A stretch of 63,927 nucleotides of DNA, filler included, from Acidimicrobiia bacterium (GTDB lineage: Bacteria > Actinomycetota > Acidimicrobiia > Spongiisociales > JAENVV01): the NCBI GenBank assembly GCA_041577335.1. It is 3 parts of 3 records of this genome, joined end to end, with 100 filler letters (N's around TTAATTAATTAA, not from the genome) between each part and the next. Parts side by side here need not be neighbours in the genome. Positions count along the whole stretch, not along the records: positions 1 to 29,116 come from JBFGJH010000041.1; positions 29,217 to 58,233 come from JBFGJH010000042.1; 1 more part is not named here. One strand, given 5' to 3'. How positions within the stretch are numbered: position 1 is the stretch's first letter; each line of letters opens with the position of its first letter. This document shows positions 20,010 through 29,236 of this stretch, in pieces. The translations under genes and the position numbers were made by a program. The notes beneath the pieces were generated by a model, which worked only from the letters and a program-made list of their open reading frames with translations, was not told the DNA's origin and did no database searches.

Positions 20010-20884
20010 CGTTCACGGACGATCTCGATGAGTTTCTCACCCATCTGACCGTTGAACGGGGTCTGGCTCGCAACACAATCGCTGCGTATCGGCGCGATCT
20101 CGGCGCGTACCGGGAGTTTCTCGACGGCCGCCCGCCAAGTGCCGCACTCGTCGAGGAGTTTCTGTCCGAGCGTTCCGACCTTGCCGCCTCGTCGGTCGCC
20201 CGTCGAACCGCTTCGCTGCGCAGCTTCCATCGGTTTCTCGTGGCGGAGGGTCTCGCCCGAACAGACCCGACTTTGTTGGTCGACACGCCCAAACGCCCCA
20301 AGGCGCTGCCCAAGGCGCTCGATATCGGCACGGTCACAAGGCTGATCGAATCGCCAGACCTGACCACGGTGCCCGGGAGGAGGAATCGGGCAATTCTCGA
20401 GTTCTTGTACGCGACGGGTGCCCGAGTCTCGGAGACCGTTGCGCTCGACCTGCTCGATCTCGACCTGGAAGATCGGATTGCCAACGTGACCGGGAAAGGA
20501 GACCGGCAGAGGTTGGTGCCTCTCGGCGCCATGGCAGCCGAGGCTCTCGGCGCGTGGCTGGTCGACCGGCTCGAACTCGCCTCCGGAGACGCGGTGTTCG
20601 TGAATCTGAGAGGAGGGCGGTTGAGCCGTCAGTCGATCTGGAACATCGTGAAAGATGCGGGCACCGCCGCCGGCCTCGCTGAGCGTGATCTGTCGCCCCA
20701 TGTGCTCCGTCACAGCGCCGCCACCCATATGGTGGAGGGTGGCGCCGATCTGCGGACTGTTCAGGAAATGCTCGGTCACGCTAGTATCTCGACCACACAG
20801 ATCTATACGCGTGTTTCGCCCCGTCACCTGTACGAAATGTACGTCGAGGCGCATCCCCGCAGTCGACGGAGAAAGGACGGGTGA
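20006..20884 (+). CDS. xerD: Tyrosine recombinase XerD
   Basis: ERGLARNTIAAYRRDL, TGARVSE, HVLRHS, LGHASISTTQIYT; housekeeping synteny. Confidence 0.93.
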   Translation: MTFTDDLDEFLTHLTVERGLARNTIAAYRRDLGAYREFLDGRPPSAALVEEFLSERSDLAASSVARRTASLRSFHRFLVAEGLARTDPTLLVDTPKRPKALPKALDIGTVTRLIESPDLTTVPGRRNRAILEFLYATGARVSETVALDLLDLDLEDRIANVTGKGDRQRLVPLGAMAAEALGAWLVDRLELASGDAVFVNLRGGRLSRQSIWNIVKDAGTAAGLAERDLSPHVLRHSAATHMVEGGADLRTVQEMLGHASISTTQIYTRVSPRHLYEMYVEAHPRSRRRKDG

Positions 20885-21234
20885 TGGCCGATATTGCCGC
20901 CGCCCAGAGTGTGCTCGAAGAGGAACGGACCAAGCTGATCCATCAGCTTGATGAGCTCGGCGCAACCGAGTCTGGTGAGCTGCGTTCCGATACGCTCACC
21001 CAAGAGAGTTTTGCCGACGCCGGATCAATGACGGCCGAAAGAACCGAGCTCTTGGGCATTGCCGAGTCGCTCGCCACACAGCTGGCCGAGGTCAACGATG
21101 CCCTCGTCCGGATATCGGAAGGCTCGTACGGGACCTGCCAGCGATGCGGAGAAGCGATCGAGAAAGCGCGCCTCGAGTTCCGGCCCCAGTCGGTTCAGTG
21201 TGTGGACTGCAAAGCCAAGAGCGCTTCAGTCTGA
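20881..21234 (+). CDS. TraR/DksA C4-type zinc-finger protein
   Basis: ALVRISEGSYGTCQRCGEAIEKARLEFRP..CVDC. Confidence 0.88.
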   Translation: MMADIAAAQSVLEEERTKLIHQLDELGATESGELRSDTLTQESFADAGSMTAERTELLGIAESLATQLAEVNDALVRISEGSYGTCQRCGEAIEKARLEFRPQSVQCVDCKAKSASV

Positions 21235-21236
21235 GC

Positions 21237-21722
21237 TTGGTTCGATCTGGGCTACACCTGGTGCGCCGCTTCTTTGCGGTGGCCTCGGCGGACCCGCTCA
21301 TTCACACCGAGAAAGAATGGGTCAGGCAACAGCTGGACAATGAGGCCCTGTTCCGGATCTTCTGTGCGCAGAACGACGCCGATCAGAGGCATGCCTTCGA
21401 TGGTGCCAGGGCGATCAGCGCTGCCCGCCCTGATCGGATCGATCTAGCGGTAGCTGCCTTGCTCCACGATGTGGGCAAGCGCCACGCACGGCTGGGCCCG
21501 ATCGGTCGCTCGATGGCCACGGTCGCAGCAGGGCTTCGGATACCGGTCCGGGGAAGGCTCGGGGCCTACAATGCTCACGATTCGGTCGGCGCCTCGGAGC
21601 TGGCGGCGGCGGGAGCCGAAGCCGGCGTCGTGGATTTTGCTCGACACCACCATCGCACCCGGCCCGAGTCGATTGCGGCGGAGGATTGGGCGATTCTGAT
21701 CGACGCCGACCACCGCTACTGA
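21237..21722 (+). CDS. HD-domain protein (start uncertain)
   Basis: DQRH, ALLHDVGK, HDSVGA, HH and terminal ADH motifs. Confidence 0.78.
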   Translation: MVRSGLHLVRRFFAVASADPLIHTEKEWVRQQLDNEALFRIFCAQNDADQRHAFDGARAISAARPDRIDLAVAALLHDVGKRHARLGPIGRSMATVAAGLRIPVRGRLGAYNAHDSVGASELAAAGAEAGVVDFARHHHRTRPESIAAEDWAILIDADHRY

Positions 21723-21749
21723 AGCTGGCGTCCTCCGGAGGGCACGCAT

Positions 21750-22511
21750 ATGACATTCGAAGTGAAAACAGCTGTCTTCGAAGGTCCCCTCGATCTGTTG
21801 CTGCAGCTCATCACGCGCCACCAAGTGGATATTTCCGAGGTCTCGCTGGTATCCGTCGTGACCGAGTACCTCACGTATCTCGATGAGATGCGCTCCATGG
21901 ACCTCGATGTGACCAGTGAGTTTCTCCTCATCGCGGCCACGCTCATCCAGCTGAAGGCTCGCAACCTGCTCCCTGACGACGCACCGGTGGATATCGACGA
22001 GGATCTGGCACTGATGGAAGAGCGTGATCGGTTGCTCTCGCGGCTGCTTGCCTGCGTCACCTTCAAGGATGTGGCAGCCGTCCTTGCGTACCGGCACCGG
22101 GAGAACAATCGTTTCGTTGCGCGGTCGGGCGGCATGGATGACGGGACAATCGCGGATCGGCCAATTGAAGTCATCGTGGGCGCCAACGCCATCGATCTCG
22201 CTCAGCTCGCGGAGCGCGTCATCGCTCGATCGCATGAAGAACCCGACTTGGATCACCTGGAGCTGGATCTACCCTCGGTGGAGGAGGCACTCACGGACCT
22301 CAGGGTTCGCGTCGAGATGTTGGCCGAGACGACCTTCGAAGACTTGGTGGACCACTGTTCGCGCAAGGTGGAGGTGGTTGCCTATTTCTTGGCACTCCTC
22401 GAGCTGGCCCGTTGGGGAATGGTCACCGTCAGCCAGGAGGACTGGTTGTCCACTATCTCGATACGTCATGCCCAGTCGGGTGGGCCGATGGCGAGTGAGT
22501 GGAGCATCTGA
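21750..22511 (+). CDS. scpA: Segregation and condensation protein A
   Basis: FEGPLDLLLQLI, EFLLIAATLIQLKARNLLP, FLALLEL. Confidence 0.95.
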   Translation: MTFEVKTAVFEGPLDLLLQLITRHQVDISEVSLVSVVTEYLTYLDEMRSMDLDVTSEFLLIAATLIQLKARNLLPDDAPVDIDEDLALMEERDRLLSRLLACVTFKDVAAVLAYRHRENNRFVARSGGMDDGTIADRPIEVIVGANAIDLAQLAERVIARSHEEPDLDHLELDLPSVEEALTDLRVRVEMLAETTFEDLVDHCSRKVEVVAYFLALLELARWGMVTVSQEDWLSTISIRHAQSGGPMASEWSI

Positions 22512-23098
22512 TGGACACACCGGCAGTGTTGGAGGCAATCCTCTTCGTGGCGGAGCGCCCCGTTCCGGCGAAGGAGCTTGCCGAGGTACTGGAGATGCCG
22601 ACGCAGGACGTCATCGAGGCATTGCAAAGTCTGGCCGGTGAATACGAATCGGGATCGCGGGGTCTCGTGGTTCGCCAAGTTGCCGGTGGGTGGCGGCTCT
22701 ACACGCACCCGTCGACCTATCCGTACCTCGAACGGTACGCCGAGTCGCCTTCGGCGGCTCGTCTTTCAGGAGCCGCGCTCGAGACGCTTGCGGTGGTTGC
22801 GTACAAACAGCCCGTGTCGCGGGGCCAGGTCGCCGAGATCCGCGGCGTCGACTCGGACTCGAGCCTGCGAACGCTCGAGCGGCGTGGCCTGGTACGCGAA
22901 CTCGATCGATTGCCGCTGCCCGGCAATCCGGCGGTCTACGGCACCACCGACATCTTCCTCGAGAAGCTGGGTTTGGGCAGCCTCGCCGACCTACCACCGT
23001 TAGCCGATCATGTGCCTCCGGCAGCGATCGTCGAGACGCTGGAGGAGACGTTTCGTCCGGCCGAGGGAAGCCCCGATGGAAACGACCCGGATCAATAA
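22511..23098 (+). CDS. scpB: SMC-Scp complex subunit ScpB
   Basis: LEAILF, LETLAVVAYKQPVSR..IRGVDS, YGTT..FL..LGL..LADLP. Confidence 0.95.
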   Translation: MDTPAVLEAILFVAERPVPAKELAEVLEMPTQDVIEALQSLAGEYESGSRGLVVRQVAGGWRLYTHPSTYPYLERYAESPSAARLSGAALETLAVVAYKQPVSRGQVAEIRGVDSDSSLRTLERRGLVRELDRLPLPGNPAVYGTTDIFLEKLGLGSLADLPPLADHVPPAAIVETLEETFRPAEGSPDGNDPDQ

Positions 23099-23801
23099 GC
23101 TCATTGCCCATAGTGGGCTGGCATCTCGCCGCACTGCCGAACGATGGATTGAGGCAGGCCGGGTCACCGTGAACGGCTCCCCGGCGATCCAGGGCCAGCA
23201 GGTCGACCCAGATTCAGACGAAGTGGCCATCGACGGGGTGCTGCTGCCGGTGCGCCCGGGGCTGGTCTACTACCTGTTGAACAAGCCGGTCGGCGTGGTC
23301 TCGACCGCTGGCGACCCGCATGGTCGGACCACGGTGGTAGATCTCGTACCGTCGGAACCTCGCGTCTACCCGGTGGGACGTTTGGATCGTGACTCGGGCG
23401 GGCTGTTGGTGATCACCAATGACGGCGAGTTGACGATGCGGCTCACGCATCCTCGATTTGGCGTTCCCAAGGTCTACGCCGTGCTCGTGGAGGGCCGGCC
23501 CGACGCCCCAACGCGCCAGCGGCTGCTCGACGGAGTCGACCTGGACGATGGGCCGGCCAGGGCCGCCCAGGTGAAAGTTCTCGCCGAGAACCCGGAGTCG
23601 ACCCTGCTGGAGCTGACGATGCTCGAAGGGCGCAACCGTATCGTGCGACGGATGATGGAGGCGGAAGGGCACGCCGTGCAGCACCTCTTTCGTAAGCGGA
23701 TCGGGCCGCTGGCCGATGCCGAGCTACGATCCGGCGCCTATCGCCTGCTGACCATCGAAGAAGTGCGGTCGCTGTACGAGGCGGCCCAAGGAGAAGCGTG
23801 A
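23076..23801 (+). CDS. rluB: rRNA pseudouridine synthase (RsuA/RluB family)
   Basis: S4 domain RINKLIAHSGLASRR, NKPVG, GRLDRDSGG, EGRNRIVRRM. Confidence 0.92.
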   Translation: METTRINKLIAHSGLASRRTAERWIEAGRVTVNGSPAIQGQQVDPDSDEVAIDGVLLPVRPGLVYYLLNKPVGVVSTAGDPHGRTTVVDLVPSEPRVYPVGRLDRDSGGLLVITNDGELTMRLTHPRFGVPKVYAVLVEGRPDAPTRQRLLDGVDLDDGPARAAQVKVLAENPESTLLELTMLEGRNRIVRRMMEAEGHAVQHLFRKRIGPLADAELRSGAYRLLTIEEVRSLYEAAQGEA

Positions 23802-25726
23802 CCGCTCAGCCCATCCAACCGTCCGGTCCCGTCTACGGTGCGGTGACTCCTCCGGGCTCGAAGAGCATCACCAATCGGGCATTGGTGATTGCTGCGCTGG
23901 CCGACGACGCTTCCACGGTGCATGGCGCGCTCGACGCCGACGACACTGCTGTCATGCGCACCGCGCTGCGGGACCTGGGCGCCGGCATCGACGACGGGGG
24001 CTCGACGTGGCGCGTGTCGGGACGACTCCCGTCTGCGGCGACCGCCTCGCCGCGCCAGATCGACGTGGGAGCGTCGGGAACGACAGCTCGGTTCCTGACA
24101 GCTGTCTCGGCGCTGCTCCCCGGCCAGACCACCATTGACGGCACTGAGCGGATGCGCCAGCGTCCGATTCAGGACCTCGTCGACGGCCTCGGTCTCATGG
24201 GTGCTGTCGCCGTATCGATAGGAGCGGGCGGGTGCCCACCGGTGACGGTTGAAGGGGCCGCTCGGTTGCGAGGAGGTCGGGTGGCGATCGACGCCAGTCG
24301 GTCGAGTCAGTTCGTGTCGGCGTTGATGCTCATTGCTCCCTTTGCCGATGACATGGTCACACTCGAGTTCGTCGAGGGCCAGGCAATCTCTCGTCCGTAC
24401 CTCCAGACCACTGCGGAAGTCATGGCCGCATTCGGCGCCACCGCACAGGTGGGAGAGCGTTCGGTAACTGTGGAACCGGGCATCTATCGCGGGTCCGCAT
24501 TCGTGGTGGAACCAGACGCCTCGGCGGCGGTGTATGCATGGGCAGCTGCAGCAGTCACCGGCGGAGCGGTGCGGGTGGAAGGCCTCCACCGATCCTCGAC
24601 GCAGGCCGATATCGCGGCGCTCGACATCTTCGAGAAGATGGGTTGCGTCGTCTACGACGGGCCGGCGGGTGTGACCCTCCGCGGGCCTGAGCTCCTCGCC
24701 CCCGTCGACGTGGACATGAACCATTGTCCTGATGCAGCTCTAGCCATTGCGGTCGTGGCGCTGTTCGCGAAAGGGCCGAGCACCATTCGCAACGTCGCCA
24801 GCCTACGAATCAAGGAGACCGACCGCCTCCAGGCGCTGGCGACCGAGCTGGTGAAGTTGGGTGCAGAAGCCACCACGACGGACGACAGCATTTCGATCAC
24901 GCCTCGTGCGCTGCGCGGCGCAACGGTCGCAACATATGACGACCATCGGATGGCGATGGCCTTCAGCATTGCCGGACTCGCCATTCCCCATGTCCGGATC
25001 GCCGATCCTGAGTGCGTTTCGAAGACGTGGCCGGCGTTCTTCGAACAGATGGAAACGCTCCTCGCCTCATCGCATGTGGTGGTCGCCATCGATGGCCCCG
25101 GTGGGTCCGGCAAGACCACGGTCAGCCGTGGCGTTGCCGAGCGACTCGGCGTGTCCCATCTCGATACCGGGGCGTTCTATCGGGCGGCCACCGTTGCGGT
25201 GTTGGAAGCCGGGGTGCCGCCAGACGACGCCGATGCGGTGGCCACCGAGGTTCTTGGCCATGAGTTCACATATCGGGCTGGGAGGATGTTCCTCGACGAC
25301 CGTGATGTGAGTGACGACATCCGCTCAGCCGAGATCGACCGAGCCGTCTCGGCCGTCTCCGCGATCGGGGCGGTCCGCACTCACATGGTTGATCGGCAGC
25401 GCCGGTGGGTGGGTCAGGAAGGGTCGGTCGGCGTGGTGGAGGGCCGGGACATCGGCACGGTGGTGTTCCCCGAGGCAGCCGTCAAGATCTATCTCACTGC
25501 GTCCGAGCGAGTGCGCGCCGAGCGGAGAGCAGGGGAGCAGGGGGCGGAGCTGGAAACCGTTGCGGACGGGTTGCGGCGCCGGGACACCCTCGATTCGTCG
25601 CGGAGCGCCTCACCTCTTCAGGTTGCCGGCGACGCAACCATCATCGACACGTCCACCCTCACCATCGACGAGGTGGTCGATCGGATCGTGAACATGGCCG
25701 GTGGCGCCGAACGTTTCAGTGGCTGA
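23798..25726 (+). CDS. aroA-cmk: Fused EPSP synthase / cytidylate kinase
   Basis: PGSKSITNR, SGTTARF, SSQF, RIKETDR, DDHRMAM then in frame IDGPGGSGKTT, DTGAFYR, EGRDIGTVVFP. Confidence 0.93.
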   Translation: MTAQPIQPSGPVYGAVTPPGSKSITNRALVIAALADDASTVHGALDADDTAVMRTALRDLGAGIDDGGSTWRVSGRLPSAATASPRQIDVGASGTTARFLTAVSALLPGQTTIDGTERMRQRPIQDLVDGLGLMGAVAVSIGAGGCPPVTVEGAARLRGGRVAIDASRSSQFVSALMLIAPFADDMVTLEFVEGQAISRPYLQTTAEVMAAFGATAQVGERSVTVEPGIYRGSAFVVEPDASAAVYAWAAAAVTGGAVRVEGLHRSSTQADIAALDIFEKMGCVVYDGPAGVTLRGPELLAPVDVDMNHCPDAALAIAVVALFAKGPSTIRNVASLRIKETDRLQALATELVKLGAEATTTDDSISITPRALRGATVATYDDHRMAMAFSIAGLAIPHVRIADPECVSKTWPAFFEQMETLLASSHVVVAIDGPGGSGKTTVSRGVAERLGVSHLDTGAFYRAATVAVLEAGVPPDDADAVATEVLGHEFTYRAGRMFLDDRDVSDDIRSAEIDRAVSAVSAIGAVRTHMVDRQRRWVGQEGSVGVVEGRDIGTVVFPEAAVKIYLTASERVRAERRAGEQGAELETVADGLRRRDTLDSSRSASPLQVAGDATIIDTSTLTIDEVVDRIVNMAGGAERFSG

Positions 25727-26762
25727 TCATCTCTAGGGCAGTCGTTGCCGTCCAGCTTCGATCCTCCTGGAGCAGGCCGTCTTGCCCTGGGTTGGCGGCG
25801 CAGAACCCCGCCTCGATCGTTGCCTGGAGCGCACCCAGCAGGTGACGGAGCTGGGGGGGGAGTGGGAAATACTCCTCTTCGGTAGTCACCTGGAAGAGCT
25901 CCACGCCTTCGGAAGGATTGACGCGTTCGATCACCTCGGTGACCAGATGGTCGGGAGCAGACGCGCCTGCTGTGACGCCCACCGTGGTGGCGCCGTCGAG
26001 CCACTCGTCCCTCACGTCGTCAGCAGCATCTATCCGATGGGCGACGACGCCCCGCTCGTTGGCCACCCGGACGAGCGCACGAGTATTCGAGCTCGAGTCG
26101 CTTCCCACCACGAGGATCAGATCGCATATCGCTGAGAGTTGTTCAACTGCTTCCTGGCGGTTGGTCGTGGCGTAGCACAGGTCGCTCTTGCGGGCGGTCC
26201 TCAGGTCCGGGTAGTTGGCCCGGGCTTCGGCGAGCACCTGCTCCCATTCGAAGACTCCGAGGGTTGTCTGAGCGAGCAGGGCTACTTTTGATGGATCGCG
26301 CGGAGCGAAATCGCCAAGCCCCAGCTCTGGCTCTACCAGCGTGATGGCATCGGGTGCCTCGGCGACCGTGCCGATCGCCTCGTCGTGGCCGGTGTGCCCA
26401 ACATAGATGATGTCGAAATCGGACTCCGCCATCTTCTTGACCTCGTGGTGCACCTTGGTCACGAGCGGACACACGGCGTCGACGACGATTCCGGCACGCC
26501 GGCCGGCCCCGGCAACCACCTCGGGAGCAGAACCGTGGGCAGAGAGCATCACCGGCGCCCCGATCGGGACCTCGTCGATGGAGTCGACAAAGACCACGCC
26601 GGAACGTTCGAAGGCCTCGACCACCCACCGGTTGTGGACGATGTCGTGGTAGCAGTACACCGGCGGCTCGAAGATCCGCACCATCCAGGTGAGGGCTTTG
26701 ATGGCCATCTCCACACCGGCGCAGAAGCCACGGGGCTCAGCGAGTAAGACCTTGGTTGGCAT
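25716..26762 (-). CDS. ispH: 4-hydroxy-3-methylbut-2-enyl diphosphate reductase
   Basis: RGFCAGV, SAHG, CPLVTKVH, LCYATTNRQ, SSNT, TAGASAP. Confidence 0.97.
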   Translation of the reverse strand: MPTKVLLAEPRGFCAGVEMAIKALTWMVRIFEPPVYCYHDIVHNRWVVEAFERSGVVFVDSIDEVPIGAPVMLSAHGSAPEVVAGAGRRAGIVVDAVCPLVTKVHHEVKKMAESDFDIIYVGHTGHDEAIGTVAEAPDAITLVEPELGLGDFAPRDPSKVALLAQTTLGVFEWEQVLAEARANYPDLRTARKSDLCYATTNRQEAVEQLSAICDLILVVGSDSSSNTRALVRVANERGVVAHRIDAADDVRDEWLDGATTVGVTAGASAPDHLVTEVIERVNPSEGVELFQVTTEEEYFPLPPQLRHLLGALQATIEAGFCAANPGQDGLLQEDRSWTATTALEMISH

Positions 26763-26949
26763 GGAGGCAATGGTAGGGCGGTCGGTTCCTTGTCAGAACC
26801 CGGACTCGGCGCTCCGCGTTTCGGTTTCCTCCTATTGGCGCCCGACTCTGGACAGCATGGCCTGGGGTGTGAGATTCAGCCACGAGGTCGAAACAGACGC
26901 CAGTCGGGCGCGTTGGCGGTTGCCGCTCGCTGCCAACTCGTACGTCCGG

Positions 26950-27005
26950 GAACTATGGACTACGGATTGCGGACTACGAATCGCGAACTGCGAACTGCGA
27001 ACTGC
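26950..27005. repeat. Heptamer tandem repeat, 8 units
   Basis: GAACTAT GGACTAC GGATTGC GGACTAC GAATCGC GAACTGC GAACTGC GAACTGC. Confidence 0.85.
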
Positions 27006-27040
27006 CTGTAGCGGTGCGAAGCAACGCTACTCTCTTCGCC

Positions 27041-28360
27041 ATGTCCCGCCTTCCTGTGGTTGCCGTCGTCGGCCGGCCCAACATCGGTAAATCCACGCTC
27101 GTGAACCGGATCGTCGGTCGCCGCGAGGCGGTGGTCGAGGAGACGCCCGGCGTGACTCGCGATCGGCGCGAGTTCCGGGGCGAATGGACCGGACGGTCGT
27201 TTCTGCTCATCGATACGGGTGGCTGGCAGGTCACGGCCGATGAGCAGCTCACCGCCGATATCAGCTCTCAGGCCGAAGCAGCCGTGGCGGCTGCGGACGT
27301 TGTCCTGTTCGTCGTTGATGCCACCACACGGCCCACCGAGGACGACATCGGCATCGCCCGAATCGTCCGTCATGCCGAACACGTGGTGGTCGCCGCCAAC
27401 AAGGTGGACTCGCCGAACCAGTCCGATTCGCTTTCTGAGTGGTGGAAGCTCGGGCTGGGAGAGCCCCATCCGATTTCGGCGCTCCACGGGCTGGGCATGG
27501 GCGACCTGCTCGATGCGGTAGTGGCGAGGCTGCCTGCCACCGAAGCCGAGCATGAGGAGATCACCCACCCGCGACTCGCCATCATCGGCAGGCCCAACGT
27601 TGGCAAGTCGACGCTGCTCAACAAGCTGCTCGGCGAGGACCGAGTTCTGGTCTCGCCGGTTCCCGGCACCACTCGCGACCCGATCGATGTCGAGGTGGAA
27701 CTAGACGGCTCGCCCTACGTCCTGGTGGATACCGCCGGAATTCGCCGGGCTCCCAAAGTGAAGGAGCGGGCCGAGGCGTTCGCGGTCATCCGCGCCAGAA
27801 AGGTTCTCGCCGACGCCGACGTGGCGTTGCTGCTGATCGACTCCAACGAAGGGGTGACCCAACAAGACCAGCGGATTGCCGAAGAGGTCGCAGCCGCCGG
27901 GGTGAGCCTGATCGTGCTGCTCAACAAGTGGGACGAAGCAGATGCGGACGCCCGCGCCGTTACCGAGGACTCGGTCGGCGACCGACTGTCGTTCGTCTCC
28001 TGGGCGCCGGTGCTTCGCATCTCGGCCAAGACCGGGGCGAGAATGCACCGCATTCCCAAGACACTGATCCGCGTCCTGGAAACCCGCATGGTGCGGGTGC
28101 CTACCGGCGAGCTGAACCGCATGGTCCGTGGATGGACCGCCGCTCACTTGCCGCCCGTACGGAAAGGCCGTCGACCCAAGATTCAGTATGCCGTCCAGGC
28201 CGGCGTCGCCCCGCCGACCGTTGTTCTCTTCGTTTCCGGCGGGGAACTCGCCGACGACTACGTGCGCTTCATCGAGAATCGGCTCCGCGGGGAGATCGAC
28301 TTCGAGGGCACGCCGGTTCATGTGGTGGCGCGCCGCAGGAAGAGGGCCGACCGTGGCTGA
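27041..28360 (+). CDS. der: Ribosome biogenesis GTPase Der (EngA)
   Basis: Two G domains: GRPNIGKS/DTGG/NKVD and GRPNVGKS/DTAG/NKWD. Confidence 0.97.
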   Translation: MSRLPVVAVVGRPNIGKSTLVNRIVGRREAVVEETPGVTRDRREFRGEWTGRSFLLIDTGGWQVTADEQLTADISSQAEAAVAAADVVLFVVDATTRPTEDDIGIARIVRHAEHVVVAANKVDSPNQSDSLSEWWKLGLGEPHPISALHGLGMGDLLDAVVARLPATEAEHEEITHPRLAIIGRPNVGKSTLLNKLLGEDRVLVSPVPGTTRDPIDVEVELDGSPYVLVDTAGIRRAPKVKERAEAFAVIRARKVLADADVALLLIDSNEGVTQQDQRIAEEVAAAGVSLIVLLNKWDEADADARAVTEDSVGDRLSFVSWAPVLRISAKTGARMHRIPKTLIRVLETRMVRVPTGELNRMVRGWTAAHLPPVRKGRRPKIQYAVQAGVAPPTVVLFVSGGELADDYVRFIENRLRGEIDFEGTPVHVVARRRKRADRG

Positions 28361-28484
28361 GCCCGACGAGGAGGAGCTTCCCCATCCGTGGGGCTTCTGG
28401 CTCATCGTGACATTGGCGGTGCTGTACCTGGGCTGGCGGCTCGTGGAAGGCGTCGTGTGGCTGTTCGAACGCATCGCCGGGTGA
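28353..28484 (+). CDS. Small single-TM hypothetical protein (43 aa)
   Basis: GTG overlapping der end; AEPDEEELPHPWGFWLIVTLAVLYLGWRLVEG. Confidence 0.55.
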   Translation: MAEPDEEELPHPWGFWLIVTLAVLYLGWRLVEGVVWLFERIAG

Positions 28485-28742
28485 GGGCCTGACACCGACA
28501 CTTCGGGAACTCAGCCTGGCAGAATATGGCAGGCTCGGGTGGTTGCCGGCGACCCAGCCAGCTAATGTGCCCGACGCACCGCACACTCACCGTGGTGGTG
28601 CCTTCCCCTGTCGTCGTGATGCGGGTCGATTCGTAACCATGGAGGACAACTCGTTGGGCTCGAGATCCGTGAAGACGATGACGATGGGCGGGCGAGTGGC
28701 CGAGGCCACGTCATCGCCGGTCTACACTGTCGAATTCACAGA

Positions 28743-28819
28743 CGGGCTGTGGCGCAGCTTGGTAGCGCGCTTGACTGGGGGTCAAGAGGTCGCCGGTTCA
28801 AATCCGGCCAGCCCGACCA
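28743..28819 (+). tRNA. tRNA-Pro(GGG)
   Basis: Acceptor stem CGGGCTG/CAGCCCG, anticodon arm CTTGA-CTGGGGG-TCAAG, TTCAAAT T loop, encoded CCA. Confidence 0.97.
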
Positions 28820-28964
28820 CCAATCGGTCCCCGGACCCGACGATTTATTCTCCCCTTAACCCACCCTTGACTTGGATGTTTTGCACCCGAGTCGACTACA
28901 ATCAAGGCTTCGGACGCACGACCTCAGGTCGTGCATTGTTCCGAGCACCTAATAGGAGGAATCA

Positions 28965-29116
28965 ATGCGATTAATACGATCGCGAGCGCGCTTGATAGCG
29001 CTGTTCGGTGCCCTCATGCTGGTTTTGACCGCATGTGGAAGTGACAGCACCGACACGACGGTGGCTACCACCGACGCTCCGGACGAGACCACTGCGGCCA
29101 CTGAGGCTCCAGCGGC
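28965..29116 (+). CDS. Lipoprotein N-terminus, truncated by contig end
   Basis: AGGAGG RBS, signal peptide with LTAC lipobox, T/A-rich linker. Confidence 0.8.
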
Positions 29117-29216
29117 NNNNNNNNNNNNNNNNNNNNNNNNNNNNNNNNNNNNNNNNNNNNTTAATTAATTAANNNNNNNNNNNNNNNNNNNNNNNNNNNN
29201 NNNNNNNNNNNNNNNN
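29117..29216. other. Artificial contig linker
   Basis: 100-bp N run with central TTAATTAATTAA (stops in all six frames). Confidence 0.95.
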
Positions 29217-29236
29217 GACTTCCGAAGTTCTTCGCT

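Noticed and set aside
20006..20884. Phage or island integrase
   Set aside because: XerD-type sequence in the conserved pyrG-nudix-xerD-scpAB context with no mobile cargo
28743..28819. tRNA-anchored genomic island (also at tRNA-Thr)
   Set aside because: No integrase next to either tRNA and no duplicated tRNA 3' end seen; the contig ends soon after tRNA-Pro
29161..29172. TTAATTAATTAA as a biological AT-rich site
   Set aside because: Embedded in N runs and repeated identically at 58278-58289; assembly linker
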